From the human T2T-CHM13v2.0 reference genome, Homo sapiens, in assembly GCF_009914755.1 (NCBI RefSeq), contig NC_060925.1: a stretch of DNA of 64,000 nucleotides; one strand, written 5' to 3'. Shown here piece after piece: positions 1-15,437 of this stretch. Below the pieces are notes generated by a model, which was not told the DNA's origin, made no database searches, and was given only the letters and a program-made list of their open reading frames with translations. The position numbers and the translations under genes were made by a program. How positions within the stretch are numbered: the first letter of the stretch is position 1; the number at the start of each line of letters is the position of its first letter.

Positions 1-344
1 TCCGGTCCTCCGCCCTGTCGCGGAGGCAGCGTTTTGGATCCCTCGCCGCACAGGGGCTCCTGCGAGGCCCCCTCTTGCCCCACCCACCCAGAGCCGTCAG
101 GGCTGGCCGAAGGCGAACAGCCGGCCCAGCCTCGCGGGGCCTTTCTCTCACAACGCCCCCACCACGGTCGCTTGTCCCGACCAAGACCCGGCCGGGGGGG
201 CAAGAGGGCGTGGGGTGTAGCGGGTCGGGGGGTGGCCCTGTTTTGCCCCGGGCTGGCACTAGAGGCGGCGGCCTGATCTCGGGTGAGAGGGCCTGAGAGA
301 AACCCAGACACACCCCACCGCCACCAGGAGCAAATCCACTCCCC

Positions 345-460
345 CACACACAGACACACCCGGGCGCGCTCGCACGCGCGCGCGCGGACACACACACACA
401 CACCCACACACAGACACACACGCACACACGCACGCGCACACGCACGCACACACACACGCG
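345..460. repeat. Compound (CA)n/(CG)n alternating purine-pyrimidine microsatellite (present in every unit)
   Basis: cacacacagacacacccgggcgcgctcgcacgcgcgcgcgcggacacacaca...cacacacgcg. Length variants of -8 and -10 bp occur in some units. Confidence 0.95.
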
Positions 461-464
461 GCTT

Positions 465-723
465 GAAGGAGAGCAAGGACGAGATGGATCGAGAGATAGA
501 GACCGAGGGAGGGAGAGAGACAGCGATCGAGAGAGACAGGGGAGGGCGAGAGGGAAGGAGACAGACAGAGAGGCTGAGAAAGAGAGAGGCACAGAGAAAG
601 AGAGAGAGAGAGACAGAGAGACAGAGGGAAAACGACAGAAGTAGCGCGAGGTCCAGGGGGAAACCCAGAAGAGAGAGGCGGAGGGAGCTAGAGAGCGAGA
701 GCGATAGAGCCTTAGAGAGGAAG
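465..723. repeat. GA-rich polypurine low-complexity tract (present in every unit)
   Basis: About 260 bp dominated by GA/GAGA/GACA runs on the + strand, e.g. agagagagagagacagagagacagaggg. Confidence 0.93.
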
Positions 724-1551
724 CGCCCGGCTCCGTTAGGCAGCGCCCTCTTGAGCAGGCCGGGATAGGGTGGAGGGGGCTTGGGCTGCGCCCAGAACAC
801 GGGGGCCAGGCGGTCCGTGCGAGAGGACCAACGGAGCGCTGAGGCGGGCGTTTTCTTGGATGAATTGCTTGCTTTGGAGGTGGGTTTCGTAGGCTCCTGC
901 CTTTCTTGGCACCTCCCTGTGCTCTGGGTGCCTTGCGGCGGGCCCCGAGATTTGCAGAGCGCGCCCGCCCGTTTGGCGGGAGCCGTGGCACCGGGCGGGC
1001 CCGGAGGCCTGGGTCTCTGGCGAGTCCTCGGGACTGGAGTCGTCGACACGAAGCGGGGGGCATTGGGAATCCCGGGTGCACAGGGCCTGCTTTCCCGGTG
1101 GCTGGCGAAGCAATGTCCTTCCCCCGGGTAAAGCAGCCCATGCGTTCCGGAGCCGACGTCTTGGCTGGCGTCTGTGGCACCCGCTGCCCCTGCCCGCCCC
1201 TTCCCCCGGTTTGGAAGGGTGCGACGACGGCGCCCGATGGGTGAATTGAATCGCCTGGGCGTTCCGGGAGCGGGAAGGCACCGCGAACGGCAGGGAACCC
1301 AGCGGCTGCGCCTTTGGGGCCCGGGCCCCTGCCCTCCCAGGCTGGAGCCGGGCTCCTGGCGGGGCGGCGGCGAGGCGGAAGCGGTGGGATGCTGCTGCCC
1401 GGCCGGCGTGCAGTAGGGGCGGACCCCCAGCAGGAGGACCCCGGCTGCGGGCTGCGGCGGGGGTGTAGGTGGGCGGTAAAGGGGGAGCAGAGTCAGGGGA
1501 GGTTGGGAAGCATGGCGATTGTGGGGGGAAGGGAGGCAGCGGGGAAGCCAC

Positions 1552-1565
1552 AAAAGCCTACAGCA
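1552..1565 (+). repeat. Left target-site duplication of the Alu (AAAAGCCTACAGCA); right copy at 1885-1898 is the 3' end of the 5S gene
   Basis: An exact 14-bp direct repeat flanks the Alu head and its A-rich tail, in all units. Confidence 0.92.
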
Positions 1566-2006
<441 letters not shown>

Positions 2007-2026
2007 GCTGAAGGAGGCGCCTGGCT

Positions 2027-2038
2027 GCCCCAAGAGCC
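2027..2038 (-). promoter_or_regulatory. D box (GGCTCTTGGGGC) at -32 to -21 of the 5S gene; in each copy
   Basis: The + strand has gccccaagagcc exactly 21-32 nt upstream of +1. This is the known upstream element of mammalian 5S genes. Confidence 0.85.
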
Positions 2039-3805
2039 CAGCCCGGCCCGGCCGTGCCCGCCGGATTGCAGCCGACACCGCCAGCCCGGGGCCGCGGGGC
2101 TCGGATCGGGGACCCCCGAGCCGCTGGCCCGCGGCCTTCCCCCGGCTCCCGCGCTCCCGAGCTTCCACCACATCGGGCCCGCTCGGAGCAGGGAGTGCTC
2201 CGAGGCGTCAGGGCCCAGGGCCCACGATCCTGGGACGCCCTCCGGTCCTCCGCCCTGTCGCGGAGGCAGCGTTTTGGATCCCTCGCCGCACAGGGGCTCC
2301 TGCGAGGCCCCCTCTTGCCCCACCCACCCAGAGCCGTCAGGGCTGGCCGAAGGCGAACAGCCGGCCCAGCCGCGCGGGGCCTTTCTCTCACAACGCCCCC
2401 ACCACGGTCGCTTGTCCCGACCAAGACCCGGCCGGGGGGGCAAGAGGGCGTGGGGTGTAGCGGGTCGGGGGGTGGCCCTGTTTTGCCCCGGGCTGGCACT
2501 AGAGGCGGCGGCCTGATCTCGGGTGAGAGGGCCTGAGAGAAACCCAGACACACCCCACCGCCACCAGGAGCAAATCCACTCCCCCACACACAGACACACC
2601 CGGGTGCGCTCGCACGCGCGCGCGCGGACACACACACACACACACACACACAGACACACACGCACACACGCACGCGCACACGCACGCACACACACACGCG
2701 GCTTGAAGGAGAGCAAGGACGAGATGGATCGAGAGATAGAGACCGAGGGAGGGAGAGAGACAGCGATCGAGAGAGACAGGGGAGGGCGAGAGGGAAGGAG
2801 ACAGACAGAGAGGCTGAGAAAGAGAGAGGCACAGAGAAAGAGAGAGAGAGAGACAGAGAGACAGAGGGAAAACGACAGAAGTAGCGCGAGGTCCAGGGGG
2901 AAACCCAGAAGAGAGAGGCGGAGGGAGCTAGAGAGCGAGAGCGATAGAGCCTTAGAGAGGAAGCGCCCGGCTCCGTTAGGCAGCGCCCTCTTGAGCAGGC
3001 CGGGATAGGGTGGAGGGGGCTTGGGCTGCGCCCAGAACACGGGGGCCAGGCGGTCCGTGCGAGAGGACCAACGGAGCGCTGAGGCGGGCGTTTTCTTGGA
3101 TGAATTGCTTGCTTTGGAGGTGGGTTTCGTAGGCTCCTGCCTTTCTTGGCACCTCCCTGTGCTCTGGGTGCCTTGCGGCGGGCCCCGAGATTTGCAGAGC
3201 GCGCCCGCCCGTTTGGCGGGAGCCGTGGCACCGGGCGGGCCCGGAGGCCTGGGTCTCTGGCGAGTCCTCGGGACTGGAGTCGTCGACACGAAGCGGGGGG
3301 CATTGGGAATCCCGGGTGCACAGGGCCTGTTTTCCCGGTGGCTGGCGAAGCAATGTCCTTCCCCCGGGTAAAGCAGCCCATGCGTTCCGGAGCCGACGTC
3401 TTGGCTGGCGTCTGTGGCACCCGCTGCCCCTGCCCGCCCCTTCCCCCGGTTTGGAAGGGTGCGACGACGGCGCCCGATGGGTGAATTGAATCGCCTGGGC
3501 GTTCCGGGAGCGGGAAGGCACCGCGAACGGCAGGGAACCCAGCGGCTGCGCCTTTGGGGCCCGGGCCCCTGCCCTCCCAGGCTGGAGCCGGGCTCCTGGC
3601 GGGGCGGCGGCGAGGCGGAAGCGGTGGGATGCTGCTGCCCGGCCGGCGTGCAGTAGGGGCGGACCCCCAGCAGGAGGACCCCGGCTGCGGGCTGCGGCGG
3701 GGGTGTAGGTGGGCGGTAAAGGGGGAGCAGAGTCAGGGGAGGTTGGGAAGCATGGCGATTGTGGGGGGAAGGGAGGCAGCGGGGAAGCCACAAAAGCCTA
3801 CAGCA

Positions 3806-4246
<441 letters not shown>

Positions 4247-6045
4247 GCTGAAGGAGGCGCCTGGCTGCCCCAAGAGCCCAGCCCGGCCCGGCCGTGCCCG
4301 CCGGATTGCAGCCGACACCGCCAGCCCGGGGCCGCGGGGCTCGGATCGGGGACCCCCGAGCCGCTGGCCCGCGGCCTTCCCCCGGCTCCCGCGCTCCCGA
4401 GCTTCCACCACATCGGGCCCGCTCGGAGCAGGGAGTGCTCCGAAGCGTCAGGGCCCAGGGCCCACGATCCTGGGACGCCCTCCGGTCCTCCGCCCTGTCG
4501 CGGAGGCAGCGTTTTGGATCCCTCGCCGCACAGGGGCTCCTGCGAGGCCCCCTCTTGCCCCACCCACCCAGAGCCGTCAGGGCTGGCCGAAGGCGAACAG
4601 CCGGCCCAGCCGCGCGGGGCCTTTCTCTCACAACGCCCCCACCACGGTCGCTTGTCCCGACCAAGACCCGGCCGGGGGGGCAAGAGGGCGTGGGGTGTAG
4701 CGGGTCGGGGGGTGGCCCTGTTTTGCCCCGGGCTGGCACTAGAGGCGGCGGCCTGATCTCGGGTGAGAGGGCCTGAGAGAAACCCAGACACACCCCACCG
4801 CCACCAGGAGCAAATCCACTCCCCCACACACAGACACACCCGGGCGCGCTCGCACGCGCGCGCGCAGACACACACACACACACACACACACAGACACACA
4901 CGCACACACGCACGCGCACACGCACGCACACACACACGCGGCTTGAAGGAGAGCAAGGACGAGATGGATCGAGAGATAGAGACCGAGGGAGGGAGAGAGA
5001 CAGCGATCGAGAGAGACAGGGGAGGGCGAGAGGGAAGGAGACAGACAGAGAGGCTGAGAAAGAGAGAGGCACAGAGAAAGAGAGAGAGAGAGACAGAGAG
5101 ACAGAGGGAAAACGACAGAAGTAGCGCGAGGTCCAGGGGGAAACCCAGAAGAGAGAGGCGGAGGGAGCTAGAGAGCGAGAGCGATAGAGCCTTAGAGAGG
5201 AAGCGCCCGGCTCCGTTAGGCAGCGCCCTCTTGAGCAGGCCGGGATAGGGTGGAGGGGGCTTGGGCTGCGCCCAGAACACGGGGGCCAGGCGGTCCGTGC
5301 GAGAGGACCAACGGAGCGCTGAGGCGGGCGTTTTCTTGGATGAATTGCTTGCTTTGGAGGTGGGTTTCGTAGGCTCCTGCCTTTCTTGGCACCTCCCTGT
5401 GCTCTGGGTGCCTTGCGGCGGGCCCCGAGATTTGCAGAGCGCGCCCGCCCGTTTGGCGGGAGCCGTGGCACCGGGCGGGCCCGGAGGCCTGGGTCTCTGG
5501 CGAGTCCTCGGGACTGGAGTCGTCGACACGAAGCGGGGGGCATTGGGAATCCCGGGTGCACAGGGCCTGTTTTCCCGGTGGCTGGCGAAGCAATGTCCTT
5601 GCCCCGGGTAAAGCAGCCCATGCGTTCCGGAGCCGACGTCTTGGCTGGCGTCTGTGGCACCCGCTGCCCCTGCCCGCCCCTTCCCCCGGTTTGGAAGGGT
5701 GCGACGACGGCGCCCGATGGGTGAATTGAATCGCCTGGGCGTTCCGGGAGCGGGAAGGCACCGCGAACGGCAGGGAACCCAGCGGCTGCGCCTTTGGGGC
5801 CCGGGCCCCTGCCCTCCCAGGCTGGAGCCGGGCTCCTGGCGGGGCGGCGGCGAGGCGGAAGCGGTGGGATGCTGCTGCCCGGCCGGCGTGCAGTAGGGGC
5901 GGACCCCCAGCAGGAGGACCCCGGCTGCGGGCTGCGGCGGGGGTGTAGGTGGGCGGTAAAGGGGGAGCAGAGTCAGGGGAGGTTGGGAAGCATGGCGATT
6001 GTGGGGGGAAGGGAGGCAGCGGGGAAGCCACAAAAGCCTACAGCA

Positions 6046-6486
<441 letters not shown>

Positions 6487-8277
6487 GCTGAAGGAGGCGC
6501 CTGGCTGCCCCAAGAGCCCAGCCCGGCCCGGCCGTGCCCGCCGGATTGCAGCCGACACCGCCAGCCCGGGGCCGCGGGGCTCGGATCGGGGACCCCCGAG
6601 CCGCTGGCCCGCGGCCTTCCCCCGGCTCCCGCGCTCCCGAGCTTCCACCACATCGGGCCCGCTCGGAGCAGGGAGTGCTCCGAGGCGTCAGGGCCCAGGG
6701 CCCACGATCCTGGGACGCCCTCCGGTCCTCCGCCCTGTCGCGGAGGCAGCGTTTTGGATCCCTCGCCGCACAGGGGCTCCTGCGAGGCCCCCTCTTGCCC
6801 CACCCACCCAGAGCCGTCAGGGCTGGCCGAAGGCGAACAGCCGGCCCAGCCTCGCGGGGCCTTTCTCTCACAACGCCCCCACCACGGTCGCTTGTCCCGA
6901 CCAAGACCCGGCCGGGGGGGCAAGAGGGCGTGGGGTGTAGCGGGTCGGGGGGTGGCCCTGTTTTGCCCCGGGCTGGCACTAGAGGCGGCGGCCTGATCTC
7001 GGGTGAGAGGGCCTGAGAGAAACCCAGACACACCCCACCGCCACCAGGAGCAAATCCACTCCCCCACACACAGACACACCCGGGCGCGCTCGCACGCGCG
7101 CGCGCGGACACACACACACACACAGACACACACGCACACACGCACGCGCACACGCACGCACACACACACGCGGCTTGAAGGAGAGCAAGGACGAGATGGA
7201 TCGAGAGATAGAGACCGAGGGAGGGAGAGAGACAGCGATCGAGAGAGACAGGGGAGGGCGAGAGGGAAGGAGACAGACAGAGAGGCTGAGAAAGAGAGAG
7301 GCACAGAGAAAGAGAGAGAGAGAGACAGAGAGACAGAGGGAAAACGACAGAAGTAGCGCGAGGTCCAGGGGGAAACCCAGAAGAGAGCGGCGGAGGGAGC
7401 TAGAGAGCGAGAGCGATAGAGCCTTAGAGAGGAAGCGCCCGGCTCCGTTAGGCAGCGCCCTCTTGAGCAGGCCGGGATAGGGTGGAGGGGGCTTGGGCTG
7501 CGCCCAGAACACGGGGGCCAGGCGGTCCGTGCGAGAGGACCAACGGAGCGCTGAGGCGGGCGTTTTCTTGGATGAATTGCTTGCTTTGGAGGTGGGTTTC
7601 GTAGGCTCCTGCCTTTCTTGGCACCTCCCTGTGCTCTGGGTGCCTTGCGGCAGGCCCCGAGATTTGCAGAGCGCGCCCGCCCGTTTGGCGGGAGCCGTGG
7701 CACCGGGCGGGCCCGGAGGCCTGGGTCTCTGGCGAGTCCTCGGGACTGGAGTCGTCGACACGAAGCGGGGGGCATTGGGAATCCCGGGTGCACAGGGCCT
7801 GCTTTCCCGGTGGCTGGCGAAGCAATGTCCTTCCCCCGGGTAAAGCAGCCCATGCGTTCCGGAGCCGACGTCTTGGCTGGCGTCTGTGGCACCCGCTGCC
7901 CCTGCCCGCCCCTTCCCCCGGTTTGGAAGGGTGCGACGACGGCGCCCGATGGGTGAATTGAATCGCCTGGGCGTTCCGGGAGCGGGAAGGCACCGCGAAC
8001 GGCAGGGAACCCAGCGGCTGCGCCTTTGGGGCCCGGGCCCCTGCCCTCCCAGGCTGGAGCCGGGCTCCTGGCGGGGCGGCGGCGAGGCGGAAGCGGTGGG
8101 ATGCTGCTGCCCGGCCGGCGTGCAGTAGGGGCGGACCCCCAGCAGGAGGACCCCGGCTGCGGGCTGCGGCGGGGGTGTAGGTGGGCGGTAAAGGGGGAGC
8201 AGAGTCAGGGGAGGTTGGGAAGCATGGCGATTGTGGGGGGAAGGGAGGCAGCGGGGAAGCCACAAAAGCCTACAGCA

Positions 8278-8718
<441 letters not shown>

Positions 8719-10517
8719 GCTGAAGGAGGCGCCTGGCTGCCCCAAGAGCCCAGCCCGGCCCGGCCGTGCCCGCCGGATTGCAGCCGACACCGCCAGCCCG
8801 GGGCCGCGGGGCTCGGATCGGGGACCCCCGAGCCGCTGGCCCGCGGCCTTCCCCCGGCTCCCGCGCTCCCGAGCTTCCACCACATCGGGCCCGCTCGGAG
8901 CAGGGAGTGCTCCGAGGCGTCAGGGCCCAGGGCCCACGATCCTGGGACGCCCTCCGGTCCTCCGCCCTGTCGCGGAGGCAGCGTTTTGGATCCCTCGCCG
9001 CACAGGGGCTCCTGCGAGGCCCCCTCTTGCCCCACCCACCCAGAGCCGTCAGGGCTGGCCGAAGGCGAACAGCCGGCCCAGCCGCGCGGGGCCTTTCTCT
9101 CACAACGCCCCCACCACGGTCGCTTGTCCCGACCAAGACCCGGCCGGGGGGGCAAGAGGGCGTGGGGTGTAGCGGGTCGGGGGGTGGCCCTGTTTTGCCC
9201 CGGGCTGGCACTAGAGGCGGCGGCCTGATCTCGGGTGAGAGGGCCTGAGAGAAACCCAGACACACCCCACCGCCACCAGGAGCAAATCCACTCCCCCACA
9301 CACAGACACACCCGGGCGCGCTCGCACGCGCGCGCGCGGACACACACACACACACACACACACAGACACACACGCACACACGCACGCGCACACGCACGCA
9401 CACACACACGCGGCTTGAAGGAGAGCAAGGACGAGATGGATCGAGAGATAGAGACCGAGGGAGGGAGAGAGACAGCGATCGAGAGAGACAGGGGATGGCG
9501 AGAGGGAAGGAGACAGACAGAGAGGCTGAGAAAGAGAGAGGCACAGAGAAAGAGAGAGAGAGAGACAGAGAGACAGAGGGAAAACGACAGAAGTAGCGCG
9601 AGGTCCAGGGGGAAACCCAGAAGAGAGAGGCGGAGGGAGCTAGAGAGCGAGAGCGATAGAGCCTTAGAGAGGAAGCGCCCGGCTCCGTTAGGCAGCGCCC
9701 TCTTGAGCAGGCCGGGATAGGGTGGAGGGGGCTTGGGCTGCGCCCAGAACACGGGGGCCAGGCGGTCCGTGCGAGAGGACCAACGGAGCGCTGAGGCGGG
9801 CGTTTTCTTGGATGAATTGCTTGCTTTGGAGGTGGGTTTCGTAGGCTCCTGCCTTTCTTGGCACCTCCCTGTGCTCTGGGTGCCTTGCGGCGGGCCCCGA
9901 GATTTGCAGAGCGCGCCCGCCCGTTTGGCGGGAGCCGTGGCACCGGGCGGGCCCGGAGGCCTGGGTCTCTGGCGAGTCCTCGGGACTGGAGTCGTCGACA
10001 CGAAGCGGGGGGCATTGGGAATCCCGGGTGCACAGGGCCTGTTTTCCCGGTGGCTGGCGAAGCAATGTCCTTCCCCCGGGTAAAGCAGCCCATGCGTTCC
10101 GGAGCCGACGTCTTGGCTGGCGTCTGTGGCACCCGCTGCCCCTGCCCGCCCCTTCCCCCGGTTTGGAAGGGTGCGACGACGGCGCCCGATGGGTGAATTG
10201 AATCGCCTGGGCGTTCCGGGAGCGGGAAGGCACCGCGAACGGCAGGGAACCCAGCGGCTGCGCCTTTGGGGCCCGGGCCCCTGCCCTCCCAGGCTGGAGC
10301 CGGGCTCCTGGCGGGGCGGCGGCGAGGCGGAAGCGGTGGGATGCTGCTGCCCGGCCGGCGTGCAGTAGGGGCGGACCCCCAGCAGGAGGACCCCGGCTGC
10401 GGGCTGCGGCGGGGGTGTAGGTGGGCGGTAAAGGGGGAGCAGAGTCAGGGGAGGTTGGGAAGCATGGCGATTGTGGGGGGAAGGGAGGCAGCGGGGAAGC
10501 CACAAAAGCCTACAGCA

Positions 10518-10958
<441 letters not shown>

Positions 10959-12757
10959 GCTGAAGGAGGCGCCTGGCTGCCCCAAGAGCCCAGCCCGGCC
11001 CGGCCGTGCCCGCCGGATTGCAGCCGACACCGCCAGCCCGGGGCCGCGGGGCTCGGATCGGGGACCCCCGAGCCGCTGGCCCGCGGCCTTCCCCCGGCTC
11101 CCGCGCTCCCGAGCTTCCACCACATCGGGCCCGCTCGGAGCAGGGAGTGCTCCGAGGCGTCAGGGCCCAGGGCCCACGATCCTGGGACGCCCTCCGGTCC
11201 TCCGCCCTGTCGCGGAGGCAGCGTTTTGGATCCCTCGCCGCACAGGGGCTCCTGCGAGGCCCCCTCTTGCCCCACCCACCCAGAGCCGTCAGGGCTGGCC
11301 GAAGGCGAACAGCCGGCCCAGCCTCGCGGGGCCTTTCTCTCACAACGCCCCCACCACGGTCGCTTGTCCCGACCAAGACCCGGCCGGGGGGGCAAGAGGG
11401 CGTGGGGTGTAGCGGGTCGGGGGGTGGCCCTGTTTTGCCCCGGGCTGGCACTAGAGGCGGCGGCCTGATCTCGGGTGAGAGGGCCTGAGAGAAACCCAGA
11501 CACACCCCACCGCCACCAGGAGCAAATCCACTCCCCCACACACAGACACACCCGGGCGCGCTCGCACGCGCGCGCGCGGACACACACACACACACCCACA
11601 CACAGACACACACGCACACACGCACGCGCACACGCACGCACACACACACGCGGCTTGAAGGAGAGCAAGGACGAGATGGATCGAGAGATAGAGACCGAGG
11701 GAGGGAGAGAGACAGCGATCGAGAGAGACAGGGGAGGGCGAGAGGGAAGGAGACAGACAGAGAGGCTGAGAAAGAGAGAGGCACAGAGAAAGAGAGAGAG
11801 AGAGACAGAGAGACAGAGGGAAAACGACAGAAGTAGCGCGAGGTCCAGGGGGAAACCCAGAAGAGAGAGGCGGAGGGAGCTAGAGAGCGAGAGCGATAGA
11901 GCCTTAGAGAGGAAGCGCCCGGCTCCGTTAGGCAGCGCCCTCTTGAGCAGGCCGGGATAGGGTGGAGGGGGCTTGGGCTGCGCCCAGAACACGGGGGCCA
12001 GGCGGTCCGTGCGAGAGGACCAACGGAGCGCTGAGGCGGGCGTTTTCTTGGATGAATTGCTTGCTTTGGAGGTGGGTTTCGTAGGCTCCTGCCTTTCTTG
12101 GCACCTCCCTGTGCTCTGGGTGCCTTGCGGCGGGCCCCGAGATTTGCAGAGCGCGCCCGCCCGTTTGGCGGGAGCCGTGGCACCGGGCGGGCCCGGAGGC
12201 CTGGGTCTCTGGCGAGTCCTCGGGACTGGAGTCGTCGACACGAAGCGGGGGGCATTGGGAATCCCGGGTGCACAGGGCCTGCTTTCCCGGTGGCTGGCGA
12301 AGCAATGTCCTTCCCCCGGGTAAAGCAGCCCATGCGTTCCGGAGCCGACGTCTTGGCTGGCGTCTGTGGCACCCGCTGCCCCTGCCCGCCCCTTCCCCCG
12401 GTTTGGAAGGGTGCGACGACGGCGCCCGATGGGTGAATTGAATCGCCTGGGCGTTCCGGGAGCGGGAAGGCACCGCGAACGGCAGGGAACCCAGCGGCTG
12501 CGCCTTTGGGGCCCGGGCCCCTGCCCTCCCAGGCTGGAGCCGGGCTCCTGGCGGGGCGGCGGCGAGGCGGAAGCGGTGGGATGCTGCTGCCCGGCCGGCG
12601 TGCAGTAGGGGCGGACCCCCAGCAGGAGGACCCCGGCTGCGGGCTGCGGCGGGGGTGTAGGTGGGCGGTAAAGGGGGAGCAGAGTCAGGGGAGGTTGGGA
12701 AGCATGGCGATTGTGGGGGGAAGGGAGGCAGCGGGGAAGCCACAAAAGCCTACAGCA

Positions 12758-13198
<441 letters not shown>

Positions 13199-14996
13199 GC
13201 TGAAGGAGGCGCCTGGCTGCCCCAAGAGCCCAGCCCGGCCCGGCCGTGCCCGCCGGATTGCAGCCGACACCGCCAGCCCGGGGCCGCGGGGCTCGGATCG
13301 GGGACCCCCGAGCCGCTGGCCCGCGGCCTTCCCCCGGCTCCCGCGCTCCCGAGCTTCCACCACATCGGGCCCGCTCGGAGCAGGGAGTGCTCCGAGGCGT
13401 CAGGGCCCAGGGCCCACGATCCTGGGACGCCCTCCGGTCCTCCACCCTGTCGCGGAGGCAGCGTTTTGGATCCCTCGCCGCACAGGGGCTCCTGCGAGGC
13501 CCCCTCTTGCCCCACCCACCCAGAGCCGTCAGGGCTGGCCGAAGGCGAACAGCCGGCCCAGCCTCGCGGGGCCTTTCTCTCACAACGCCCCCACCACGGT
13601 CGCTTGTCCCGACCAAGACCCGGCCGGGGGGGCAAGAGGGCGTGGGGTGTAGCGGGTCGGGGGGTGGCCCTGTTTTGCCCCGGGCTGGCACTAGAGGCGG
13701 CGGCCTGATCTCGGGTGAGAGGGCCTGAGAGAAACCCAGACACACCCCACCGCCACCAGGAGCAAATCCACTCCCCCACACACAGACACACCCGGGCGCG
13801 CTCGCACGCGCGCGCGCGGACACACACACACACACCCACACACAGACACACACGCACACACGCACGCGCACACGCACGCACACACACACGCGGCTTGAAG
13901 GAGAGCAAGGACGAGATGGATCGAGAGATAGAGACCGAGGGAGGGAGAGAGACAGCGATCGAGAGAGACAGGGGAGGGCGAGAGGGAAGGAGACAGACAG
14001 AGAGGCTGAGAAAGAGAGAGGCACAGAGAAAGAGAGAGAGAGAGACAGAGAGACAGAGGGAAAACGACAGAAGTAGCGCGAGGTCCAGGGGGAAACCCAG
14101 AAGAGAGAGGCGGAGGGAGCTAGAGAGCGAGAGCGATAGAGCCTTAGAGAGGAAGCGCCCGGCTCCGTTAGGCAGCGCCCTCTTGAGCAGGCCGGGATAG
14201 GGTGGAGGGGGCTTGGGCTGCGCCCAGAACACGGGGGCCAGGCGGTCCGTGCGAGAGGACCAACGGAGCGCTGAGGCGGGCGTTTTCTTGGATGAATTGC
14301 TTGCTTTGGAGGTGGGTTTCGTAGGCTCCTGCCTTTCTTGGCACCTCCCTGTGCTCTGGGTGCCTTGCGGCGGGCCCCGAGATTTGCAGAGCGCGCCCGC
14401 CCGTTTGGCGGGAGCCGTGGCACCGGGCGGGCCCGGAGGCCTGGGTCTCTGGCGAGTCCTCGGGACTGGAGTCGTCGACACGAAGCGGGGGGCATTGGGA
14501 ATCCCGGGTGCACAGGGCCTGCTTTCCCGGTGGCTGGCGAAGCAATGTCCTTCCCCCGGGTAAAGCAGCCCATGCGTTCCGGAGCCGACGTCTTGGCTGG
14601 CGTCTGTGGCACCCGCTGCCCCTGCCCGCCCCTTCCCCCGGTTTGGAAGGGTGCGACGACGGCGCCCGATGGGTGAATTGAATCTCCTGGGCGTTCCGGG
14701 AGCGGGAAGGCACCGCGAACGGCAGGGAACCCAGCGGCTGCGCCTTTGGGGCCCGGCCCCCTGCCCTCCCAGGCTGGAGCCGGGCTCCTGGCGGGGCGGC
14801 GGCGAGGCGGAAGCGGTGGGATGCTGCTGCCCGGCCGGCGTGCAGTAGGGGCGGACCCCCAGCAGGAGGACCCCGGCTGCGGCAGCGGCGGGGGTGTAGG
14901 TGGGCGGTAAAGGGGGAGCAGAGTCAGGGGAGGTTGGGAAGCATGGCGATTGTGGGGGGAAGGGAGGCAGCGGGGAAGCCACAAAAGCCTACAGCA

Positions 14997-15437
<441 letters not shown>

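Noticed and set aside
70-208. 12-bp inverted repeat CCCTCTTGCCCC (70-81) / GGGGCAAGAGGG (197-208)
   Set aside because: Short, in very GC-rich sequence, broken by a variant in spacers 17 and 21, and with no TSD or other sign of a transposon or structured RNA.
1552-1565. Second partial 5S copy (pseudogene) left of the Alu
   Set aside because: Only 14 bp, and fully explained as the Alu target-site duplication.
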